This document shows positions 28,116 through 35,941 of a stretch of DNA of 64,000 nucleotides, one piece after another (positions within the stretch are counted from its first letter, which is position 1; every line of letters starts with the position of its first letter). Origin of the DNA: a virus; IMG/VR virus record IMGVR_UViG_3300032087_002150, positions 32,001 through 96,000 of that record. The stretch is one strand, 5' to 3'. The notes under the pieces are model-generated. The model was not told the DNA's origin. It saw only the letters and a program-made list of their open reading frames with translations, and ran no database searches. Position numbers and translations under genes: made by a program.

Positions 28116-28144
28116 ATTGTACTATAAACTGATTTATTTGTCAA
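28116..28144 (-). promoter_or_regulatory. sigma70 promoter
   Basis: TTGACA-17-TACAAT. Confidence 0.7.
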
Positions 28145-28598
28145 GCGGTACCATCTCTACAGTTACACCGCTCTTTTCAAGGAAATCCAATCCGGATCCT
28201 ATGCTGGCATCATATGTTTGGGCGACATACACCTCTTTGATACCAGACTGATAGATCAGTTTGGCACACTCGATGCATGGGGTGTGAGTGCAGAACAGTG
28301 AAGCACCCTCGCTACTTTCACTGCTCCTTGCTATTTTTGCGATAGCATTCTCTTCAGCGTGGATCACTTCAGGTTTGGTGCGATAGGACAGATCTGGTTC
28401 CCACTCGCCCTCAGACCATTCAGGTGCCTCGCACTCGTTATCCCAACCAGTTGGAGTACCGTTGTATCCTATGCTGATTATACGTTCATCTTTGACTACG
28501 ATAGCACCAACCTTGAGTTTCTTGGCATGACTCAGATTAGCAAAGGTGTGTGCCACCTCCATAAATGCGTTTTTAAACTTATCTTTCATATCTTTCAT
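28134..28598 (-). CDS. cd: dCMP deaminase
   Basis: GYNG.P, HAEENAI, PCIECAK. Confidence 0.92.
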   Translation of the reverse strand: MKDMKDKFKNAFMEVAHTFANLSHAKKLKVGAIVVKDERIISIGYNGTPTGWDNECEAPEWSEGEWEPDLSYRTKPEVIHAEENAIAKIARSSESSEGASLFCTHTPCIECAKLIYQSGIKEVYVAQTYDASIGSGLDFLEKSGVTVEMVPLDK

Positions 28599-29101
28599 TT
28601 CTTCTTTAGCGCAACCAAGGTGCCTACTTGATCTACTACATCATAAAAGTCCAAAATTCTGTCGTACCTAGGACGCTTCATGCCACTACCATCAACAATA
28701 GGACCCCAATCGTGGACAAGCACAATGGAGGTTTCGTCGATCACATTCTGAACTGACTCGGCGACCCATTGCCTAGCGCGACCATCTATAAAGACTACGT
28801 CAAACTTTCTGTTCTGTGTCTTTGGCCAGTCGATGTACTTCGCGAACAAATCCCTTGGAGCGGGTTTAACATTTTTTGTTGGTATGGCAACGTATTCCAC
28901 GTTGGAGAGGTTTCGTATTTTATTTTTGACAACCTTCACCCAGTGTTTATTGTGCTCAATCGACGTCAAGTGCTTTACCTTCTCAGCGAAATACGCGGTG
29001 CTGGCGCCAGAACCATACTCCAACATGGTAGTATCTTGATCGAGGTATTGCTCGATCAGTTCTATTTCGTTTGAATGCATCAGGGGCGTGCTCATATTCA
29101 T
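28595..29101 (-). CDS. Class I SAM methyltransferase
   Basis: LEYGSGAST, SIEH...W, FIDGRAR, VHD. Confidence 0.8.
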   Translation of the reverse strand: MNMSTPLMHSNEIELIEQYLDQDTTMLEYGSGASTAYFAEKVKHLTSIEHNKHWVKVVKNKIRNLSNVEYVAIPTKNVKPAPRDLFAKYIDWPKTQNRKFDVVFIDGRARQWVAESVQNVIDETSIVLVHDWGPIVDGSGMKRPRYDRILDFYDVVDQVGTLVALKKK

Positions 29102-29298
29102 GAGTCTAGAATCTTATCGACACCTTCAACCATTTCGAGAGCATGAACATACTTGTCTACCTGCGCTTCAACCGATTCGACGATGTCAGGATGTTCGCCG
29201 ATACCTACAGCATTATTGTAAACTTCAATGTTTACCAGTGCTTCTTCCATGATCGCCGCGTGCTTTGCTCTCACTGCTTTTAATAGTTTCTCTTTCAT
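29098..29298 (-). CDS. Conserved T4-like hypothetical protein
   Basis: NIEVY...VGIGEHPDI. Confidence 0.7.
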   Translation of the reverse strand: MKEKLLKAVRAKHAAIMEEALVNIEVYNNAVGIGEHPDIVESVEAQVDKYVHALEMVEGVDKILDS

Positions 29299-29364
29299 GT
29301 TTGTAACACCTCCGACAGTTACAACCCTTTATATATTTCCAAATGATGTGATTTTCCCACCACA

Positions 29365-29931
29365 TTAAAATCCTGCGATCCTATGGTTCACCTTGCTGTG
29401 CTTCGCTTCATCTGCCCGCACATATTTTACCATGTCTGATAACATAGCATCCTCGAGCAGTCCATAATACTCAATAGCAAGTTGCGGGGCAGGTACGTTC
29501 TCTATCTCGCCTGACTCAATCAACTCAAGATACTCAGTGTAGGAACGAACTGCCTCCTCCTCAAAATATGCGATCATCTTATGCGCAGTCTTTGGAGCGA
29601 GAATATAGAATACAAGGTAGAAGTGCCAAAAGATAAACTGGGCAATCATAATCAACCTTCGCTCAAACCAGTTTGGTTTGGCGATTTCAATGAAAAACAT
29701 CAAATGCTTGCGTTCGTTCTCTGCCTCTTCCAGCATCTCATGAATCATTGTACCGTTACCACGTTCCATCTTGCGTAGACTACGGAGATGAATCAGCATA
29801 CCAGCAACCATACCAGGAACACCAGCGATAGTTTCTAGTACCACCGCACGGTGTCCGTATCGTTTAGCAAAGAACGTATCGGCGAAGAACCGAAAGAACT
29901 TTGTCATTGATCTAGCAAACCAGTCTCTCAT
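29365..29931 (-). CDS. aox: Alternative oxidase (di-iron ubiquinol oxidase)
   Basis: LETIAGVPGMV, EAENERKHL, EEEAV.SY and RADEAKH iron-ligand motifs. Confidence 0.93.
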   Translation of the reverse strand: MRDWFARSMTKFFRFFADTFFAKRYGHRAVVLETIAGVPGMVAGMLIHLRSLRKMERGNGTMIHEMLEEAENERKHLMFFIEIAKPNWFERRLIMIAQFIFWHFYLVFYILAPKTAHKMIAYFEEEAVRSYTEYLELIESGEIENVPAPQLAIEYYGLLEDAMLSDMVKYVRADEAKHSKVNHRIAGF

Positions 29932-30371
29932 AGCGTTGCAATGTACTCCGCAAGATCGTTCATGTCTTGATCAGATAGTCCTGCTGCCTGACCCCACATG
30001 AGGTTGCTTTGATTACCGACCTTCTCGCCTGCCTTGTATTGATTGAGTCGACCAACGATGTACTCTACAGTCTGACCCGCCAACGCAGGACCAACACCTC
30101 CACCACCTTGCGCGCCATGACACGCACCACAAGCAGCATACTTTGCCTCACCAGGAAGTGCGGCAACTGGTACTACAGCCGTGACTCCATCTACCATTAC
30201 AACGCTAAATGGTTTGATGCGTTCTTCGATAGCGGCACGTTGATCTTTTGTGATACTAATCTTCTTTGCTAGACCAGGATCATTCTGACCACATCCTGCC
30301 AACAGAATGACAGACACAATCGCTATCAATAACAACAAACTTCTTGTTGGAAAACAACTATAAAATTTCAT
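29928..30371 (-). CDS. Lipid-anchored class I cytochrome c (c553/c4-like)
   Basis: Lipobox LLAGC; CGACHG; PALAGQ; distal Met in NLMWG. Confidence 0.88.
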   Translation of the reverse strand: MKFYSCFPTRSLLLLIAIVSVILLAGCGQNDPGLAKKISITKDQRAAIEERIKPFSVVMVDGVTAVVPVAALPGEAKYAACGACHGAQGGGGVGPALAGQTVEYIVGRLNQYKAGEKVGNQSNLMWGQAAGLSDQDMNDLAEYIATL

Positions 30372-30520
30372 CCGAACTTTGCTCCTGAGTTAACTCCGTC
30401 TTTTTTCTTTTGCCATGGTGGTGTGTACTCACCATCAAGGTAATCTCCATAGAGCATACCAAAGAACATGATCAACGGTGCCGCAATCCAAAATACTACA
30501 AATACATCAAGCAGTGTCAT
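30368..30520 (-). CDS. Small membrane protein
   Basis: MTLLDVFVVFW...; coupled to neighbours. Confidence 0.5.
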   Translation of the reverse strand: MTLLDVFVVFWIAAPLIMFFGMLYGDYLDGEYTPPWQKKKDGVNSGAKFG

Positions 30521-30719
30521 TTGACTTCGCCCTCTTTCTACAATACGTGTATGGTTCTTCCCTGATGATTGTACCCTGCATCGGATAAGGCAATCGTTCT
30601 CTTCTCTCGATAATCTCAGTTGTCCACTCAAGGCAAGGTGCCTTCTCTTCTTCAATAGAGGTACAACCAGATAGTAAAATCAGAAGGACTATCCCTCCTT
30701 TTCCAAATCCCATACACAC
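30507..30719 (-). CDS. Small putative lipoprotein
   Basis: LLSGC lipobox; start uncertain. Confidence 0.5.
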   Translation of the reverse strand: MCMGFGKGGIVLLILLSGCTSIEEEKAPCLEWTTEIIERRERLPYPMQGTIIREEPYTYCRKRAKSNDTA

Positions 30720-31027
30720 CTCCTATCTTTGACATCAGGTAAAGGAGTTCTCTTTACCCAAAGATGTCCGTTCTTCTCAGCATCTTGAAAAGTGAGTGCT
30801 GTTATGAAGAATGCGCCAATAACAAGTAAGTGTGCCCCAACACTACCGATTCCGAAATAAATTGTGTACCCAGTCCAAATAGTAAACACAACAGTCCACA
30901 TTACTGACAGATAGAACATCAGAATAAACTGTGTGAATGCGTTTGGAATGTGTCGCAGTGGATTGACCTTCAAACTAAAAAAGAAGTTGTACAGATCATA
31001 AATCCAAAAACCAATTGATTTAAACAT
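30689..31027 (-). CDS. Membrane protein (2-3 TM)
   Basis: NPLRHIP...MW...AHLL...IT..TF. Confidence 0.65.
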   Translation of the reverse strand: MFKSIGFWIYDLYNFFFSLKVNPLRHIPNAFTQFILMFYLSVMWTVVFTIWTGYTIYFGIGSVGAHLLVIGAFFITALTFQDAEKNGHLWVKRTPLPDVKDRRCVWDLEKEG

Positions 31028-32235
31028 TAGAACTGCTCCGCTTCAGTTGAACCTGACAAGGCAGCGGTAGAACTACCAAGTGCCTCAGTGATCACATCAA
31101 AATATCCTACGCCAACTTCTCTTTGATGCTTTGTGCTTGTGTAACCAAACTGCTCTGCGGCAAACTCCTCTTCCTGTAACCAAGAGTATGCCAGCATGCC
31201 ATGCTTCTTGTACGAACGAGCGAACTGAAACACTGCGTTGTTCGTGGCATGGAAACCAGCGAGCGTGATAAACTGAAACTTGAATCCCATCTTGCTCAAC
31301 TCCCACTGGAAGTCAGCAAGTTCTTGATCACCTGGGATGCTCTTGCGCCAGTTGAATGATGGCGAGCAGTTATACGCGAGCATCGCGTCAGGGACAGCAC
31401 CCCTCACCGCATCAGCAAACTGCTTCGCTTCTTTCAGACAAGGTTTTGAGGTTTCGCACCATACTAGATCAGCATACTCTGCATATCGCTGACCGCGTTC
31501 ACAACCGAACTCTAGTCCACGTCCTTCTTGGATGGAGTAGAATCCTTCTGGGGAACGATCTCCGGTGAGGAACTTACGGTCAAGATCGTCGACATCGGTC
31601 GCAAGGAACTTGGCAGATTCTGCGTCCGTTCGAGCAATAACAAGAGTGTCGGTCCCAGCAACATCACTAGCGAGACGAGCAGCATTAAGATTACGAATGG
31701 CTTGGGAGGTTGGGATGAGAACCTTTCCTCCGAGGTGTCCGCACTTTTTTTCTGAGGAGACTTGGTCTTCGAAGTGAACGGCTGCTGCGCCTGCCTCAAT
31801 AAGATTTCGTGCCAGTTCGTAAGCATTTAAGACTCCTCCGAATCCTGCTTCTGCATCCGCGATGATAGGAGCGAACGGAAACCCTTCTCCACCTTCAGAT
31901 ACAGAGATTTGATCTTGTCGGCGAAAACTATTATTGATATTCCTAACGACATCAGGAACAGAGTTAACAGGGTAGAGACTCTGGTCAGGATAAGTTTCCA
32001 GCGCACTATTAGACGACGCTGCAACTTGCCATCCCGATAAGTATATCGCATGAATACCAGCCTTGACATGTTGTACTGCCTGTTGACCGTTGTATGCTCC
32101 GAATGTATTTATATATGGGTGCGTAGCGAACAACTTACGAAGGTTAGTCGCGCCCATCTTTGCTAATGTGTGCTCTACTTGCACCGATCCTTTTAATTTA
32201 TCCACTACCTCTGGACTGTAGTCACGCTTCTTCAT
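31027..32235 (-). CDS. aceA: Isocitrate lyase
   Basis: KKCGHLGGKVL catalytic loop, YLSGWQVAA, DAEAGFGG, ARTDA, YNCSPSFNW, HQREVG. Confidence 0.97.
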   Translation of the reverse strand: MKKRDYSPEVVDKLKGSVQVEHTLAKMGATNLRKLFATHPYINTFGAYNGQQAVQHVKAGIHAIYLSGWQVAASSNSALETYPDQSLYPVNSVPDVVRNINNSFRRQDQISVSEGGEGFPFAPIIADAEAGFGGVLNAYELARNLIEAGAAAVHFEDQVSSEKKCGHLGGKVLIPTSQAIRNLNAARLASDVAGTDTLVIARTDAESAKFLATDVDDLDRKFLTGDRSPEGFYSIQEGRGLEFGCERGQRYAEYADLVWCETSKPCLKEAKQFADAVRGAVPDAMLAYNCSPSFNWRKSIPGDQELADFQWELSKMGFKFQFITLAGFHATNNAVFQFARSYKKHGMLAYSWLQEEEFAAEQFGYTSTKHQREVGVGYFDVITEALGSSTAALSGSTEAEQF

Positions 32236-32647
32236 TGTCTTTCCTCAATGATAACTTTTCTAAACTAATTTTATCTTTCGCCGACATAACGTATGCCGCT
32301 ATTGCCAAAATAAGAATACCGCCACTCTCATAAATTATATTCAAAGGTTCAGTGCCTTTGGTTTGTAGTATGATCATACGAGTCAATGCTGTCATCGCAA
32401 TGATCAATGGGAGTGTTACTGGTAGTCTATGGTCTTTATAGAAGGCACCAACCATGCCCAATATCTCAGCGTAGATAAAGAGTAGGAAAAGGTCAGCAAG
32501 ATCCATCCTACCCTGTGTTGTGAACATACTGATGATATCGTATACAGCCGCCCAGACCGTACCTGCTACAATGAAGAGAAGGAGTGCCTTCTCAATATGC
32601 ATGATGCCTTCACCGACACCATGTTTAATCTTATTTTTACTGATCAT
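32222..32647 (-). CDS. psiE: PsiE-family membrane protein
   Basis: DLFLLFIYAE...PV.LPL.IA.TAL.R; TATAAATA at 32753-60. Confidence 0.8.
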   Translation of the reverse strand: MISKNKIKHGVGEGIMHIEKALLLFIVAGTVWAAVYDIISMFTTQGRMDLADLFLLFIYAEILGMVGAFYKDHRLPVTLPLIIAMTALTRMIILQTKGTEPLNIIYESGGILILAIAAYVMSAKDKISLEKLSLRKDNEEA

Positions 32648-32933
32648 CGTCTTTAACGAAAACACCATCGACCATACGACCTGTACGATCTTTGATGTCA
32701 TTCCACGCGTGGTGCAAACACTCTTCCAAGTTTGTGCCATTACGTTCGGCAATATTTATAAGGACTACCATACAATCTCCGATGTCGTCTTTGATATCTT
32801 TGCCCTTACATACGTTGTCGCTCAACTCACCGACTTCCTGAATCAGTTTACATACCTGATCCTTGTCAGTAGCACCATTGATCAGATTACGATCGTGATG
32901 CCAGCGAGTTACCATGTGAATCAACTCTTTCAT
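32637..32933 (-). CDS. MazG-like NTP pyrophosphohydrolase
   Basis: KL.QEVGEL...DDIGD..VVL...AW.DIKDR.G. Confidence 0.85.
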   Translation of the reverse strand: MKELIHMVTRWHHDRNLINGATDKDQVCKLIQEVGELSDNVCKGKDIKDDIGDCMVVLINIAERNGTNLEECLHHAWNDIKDRTGRMVDGVFVKDDDQ

Positions 32934-33688
32934 AGTTTTTCCTCATACCAGTCAAAGTCTATAAATGTTTTATCCTTCCAAGTTTCTGGATGTTTATTGC
33001 GTTCCCTCGCCATCTCTAATAATTCTTCAACCCCGTCCCAAGTATGAGGATGATAAATGAAATGATCATCATACTCAGTTTTTTCCTGCCCTTCTACAAC
33101 TCTGATTTCTCTACCATATCTGGTTGGACCAATACCCGAACCATCAAGCATCACTCTCTCATATTTCGTCATCAACCTTTCAACGAAAACTCTTGAACCG
33201 CCATGTATGTTTACGAACTCCTCGTCATATCCACGAGTCGCTAGGAAATCTTCCTTGCGAATAACATAGGAGTTGTACTCTACAGGTTCTTCTTTTCCGC
33301 CAGCAAGAGGAGATGCAAACCACATACCTAAAAACTGATTCTCTTGAAGGTTGGGTATGGCGTCTCTTATAAGTTCGATGTTTTTCTTGTCAACTGCTAT
33401 GTCAACGTCAACCAGGAACACCCACTCATTACTTGCCTGTTGTACACCGAGGTTGCGACAACCGTGTCCATTGAACCCGAGATTCTCAGCAACACGCAAC
33501 ACTCTAAACTTACAGTGAGGAGGAACTATCTGTTTCTTGAGGTGCTGCCTCACAATATCTTTAGCATTTTCTACTTCAGATCCATCGTCAATGATAATAA
33601 CTTCGTCAACCAAATCAAAGCAGTCTTGAGACAAATACCTTGTCAACTGCTTCTCATCTTCGAAGTATGGTGTTACTATCGTTAGCAT
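32930..33688 (-). CDS. GT-A glycosyltransferase (GT2/GT7-like)
   Basis: IIIDDGS, RNLG, VDVD, GYDEEF. Confidence 0.82.
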   Translation of the reverse strand: MLTIVTPYFEDEKQLTRYLSQDCFDLVDEVIIIDDGSEVENAKDIVRQHLKKQIVPPHCKFRVLRVAENLGFNGHGCRNLGVQQASNEWVFLVDVDIAVDKKNIELIRDAIPNLQENQFLGMWFASPLAGGKEEPVEYNSYVIRKEDFLATRGYDEEFVNIHGGSRVFVERLMTKYERVMLDGSGIGPTRYGREIRVVEGQEKTEYDDHFIYHPHTWDGVEELLEMARERNKHPETWKDKTFIDFDWYEEKL

Positions 33689-34228
33689 TTAATCTTTTAT
33701 CCACCACCAAACGGGTCCATTCAATCCAAAAGGATGTCCATATTCTGCCACTGATTTAGCAACTCCTGGGAACTTATCGCCATAGTCGTCGCCGGAAACC
33801 AGTCCACCCTTCCTTACTTTAGGGATCCATGCTTTCATATCGTCAAGCACAGCAGGATACTGATGCGAGGCATCAATGAATATGAAGTCTAGAGATTCGT
33901 CCTGGAAATCTTTCGCGGCATCCAAACTCAATTTTCGAATTAAATGCGCTCTATCTTTCGCACCCGCTTGGAACGTGATCCAATTTTGTAAGTCCAGATA
34001 ATACCCATAGTTGACACTTGTTTTATCTTTTTCGAGATCTTCTGAAGTTGATCCATCCCAGCGCACATTTTTTGTCGACCAAATATCAACACCATAAAGT
34101 TCTAGACCTTCACACTTACTGATTAAATGTTTGAACGTAGTTCCTTGTTGAACGCCAATTTCTACGCCAACTTTGTACTTATTTTCTTTAATCATTTTTT
34201 CTAAAAAGTTAAATCTCGCCATTATCAT
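33689..34228 (-). CDS. Class I SAM methyltransferase (Methyltransf_24-like)
   Basis: EIGV..G, DFIFIDASH.Y, GG..SGDDY. Confidence 0.85.
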   Translation of the reverse strand: MIMARFNFLEKMIKENKYKVGVEIGVQQGTTFKHLISKCEGLELYGVDIWSTKNVRWDGSTSEDLEKDKTSVNYGYYLDLQNWITFQAGAKDRAHLIRKLSLDAAKDFQDESLDFIFIDASHQYPAVLDDMKAWIPKVRKGGLVSGDDYGDKFPGVAKSVAEYGHPFGLNGPVWWWIKD

Positions 34229-35151
34229 AGCACCTCATATGAATTAGAATATGCCCATCTGAGAGCAGAAGTTGCCTCAAGTTCTAGTGGGCGGTTTTTA
34301 TACCAGTTCCCTGTTTCCATATCTAGTTCTTTACACATCTGAGCGATCTGCTGAGCAGTGATAGGATACCCTGCTTTTACTGCATTACAAGCAGTCGCTA
34401 CCATGATGCGATACATTTGATGATACCAACCTGTACCAGAAACTGATTTATAGTCCATTGCCATTTTATTAGGAAAGAAGGGGCAGTCAAGATATCCAGT
34501 CCAAGTCACATTAGTATTAGTTAGACTGTTCTTTCGATGCTCAATGACTGACTCTTTAATCTCCTCAGGCAAAACATCAAGTAGAGCATTGCCAGTTTTT
34601 TCCTGGTACGGATATTTCCTCAGGAGAGAACCCACACTAATTGGACTACCAGTGTTAACATGGAAAAAGTTATGAGCGCCCACATATCGCGCTGGTATGT
34701 AATACATACGCGAAGAATCTTTTGTTTGTTTGTCGCCAAGATCGCCGATGGATTTATTAAGAGCATACCAGAAGTGCTTGATTTCGTCTCCCTCAACTCG
34801 TCTGTCCAAATCGAATACAATGCGGAATTTAATTTTTTCTGGCGTCGAAGAAGCAGTACTGTAGATAACAAGATTAGTATCTGCGAACCGATTAATAATT
34901 CCATCAATAGTTCCCTCATAGTCGTCCACGTCAACGCATGCCCAGTTTCCCCAGTACTCGACATTTCTGTTTGCACGTGTTGTCCCCTCTTTATAAACAG
35001 CAGGGGATATTAGTTCAGCATCCTTCTTACCAGCAAGAGGTTGCTTTGATAGTTGTTCAAGAAGATAAACGAATGAATCCCAATCAGGCATGTTCAAATA
35101 CCTGTGGGTTTTATTATCGAATGCGTTCTTGAATATGGTTAGTTCATACAT
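34225..35151 (-). CDS. AEP/PrimPol-like primase protein
   Basis: ISPAVY, CVDVDD, YSTASS...KFRIV, D...KDSSRMYY.P; C-terminal helical domain. Confidence 0.7.
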   Translation of the reverse strand: MYELTIFKNAFDNKTHRYLNMPDWDSFVYLLEQLSKQPLAGKKDAELISPAVYKEGTTRANRNVEYWGNWACVDVDDYEGTIDGIINRFADTNLVIYSTASSTPEKIKFRIVFDLDRRVEGDEIKHFWYALNKSIGDLGDKQTKDSSRMYYIPARYVGAHNFFHVNTGSPISVGSLLRKYPYQEKTGNALLDVLPEEIKESVIEHRKNSLTNTNVTWTGYLDCPFFPNKMAMDYKSVSGTGWYHQMYRIMVATACNAVKAGYPITAQQIAQMCKELDMETGNWYKNRPLELEATSALRWAYSNSYEVL

Positions 35152-35327
35152 TATTTTTCATAGGTTTTAACTATGCTGGACTTAATAACGTCCTCAAGTT
35201 TACCTTCAGTCAGATTCCAAACAACGATGCGTTCGCTGTTAGGGTTAACAGGTAAGTTATGTTCTTTGTACTCAATGGTTTTTTCTTCACCAGTTTTCCA
35301 ATGCTTAAATGTCATATATTTTTTCAT
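35151..35327 (-). CDS. Hypothetical protein (58 aa)
   Basis: Manual translation MKKYMTFKHWKTGEEK...; overlaps both neighbours by 1 nt. Confidence 0.55.
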   Translation of the reverse strand: MKKYMTFKHWKTGEEKTIEYKEHNLPVNPNSERIVVWNLTEGKLEDVIKSSIVKTYEK

Positions 35328-35941
35328 CAATATTCCAAGAAGGCGATAGCATTACAGTCTTTACCCTGACTGTATGGTTGGATGTAACTTATCTCCCATC
35401 CAGAGTTTCTCGCCGCTAGAAGAACATCTGGTTGATCAATGTTATCTATCAACAATTGCTTCACGCCAAAATCTAAACAACATTTCAAATCAATAACAGT
35501 ATTTTGATATGTGTGCGCGCCATCAATCAAGGCGAAATCAAACGGAGCGGATTTGTCTAGATCAGAGTACGCAAAAATTGTTCGTTGACTAACCCAGTTA
35601 AATCTATCGCCATACTTTTCTTTCATTACCTTTGCCATCATCGCTCTAGTATCTGCTGTGTGTTTTTCTAAATCCTCCGGAACCTCGCCCTTTATTTTCT
35701 TCTTTTGCCTTTCTAAAACATGCTTGGCAACAGATTCATAACCAGGACTCACTGTGGTAACTTTTGCTTGTTTAAAGATTTCAAGTAGGTACGTTGTAGA
35801 GTGACCAAGATGAAATCCTATCTCCAGTATGTTTGTAGGTTCCCACCTGCCTTGTATTTGTTCAAAGAAATCAAAAATATGATTTGTTGGAGGCAAGTGC
35901 CCCCAACCATATTCGAGTTCAACTAGATGATCTAAGTTCAT
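35327..35941 (-). CDS. Class I SAM methyltransferase
   Basis: LEIGFHLGHS, FDFALIDGAH.Y. Confidence 0.8.
   Translation of the reverse strand: MNLDHLVELEYGWGHLPPTNHIFDFFEQIQGRWEPTNILEIGFHLGHSTTYLLEIFKQAKVTTVSPGYESVAKHVLERQKKKIKGEVPEDLEKHTADTRAMMAKVMKEKYGDRFNWVSQRTIFAYSDLDKSAPFDFALIDGAHTYQNTVIDLKCCLDFGVKQLLIDNIDQPDVLLAARNSGWEISYIQPYSQGKDCNAIAFLEY

Noticed and set aside
27001-34228. Host chromosomal DNA or prophage boundary at the metabolic island
   Set aside because: Genes overlap seamlessly with phage genes on the same strand, a T4 late promoter is present, and no integrase or att site was seen
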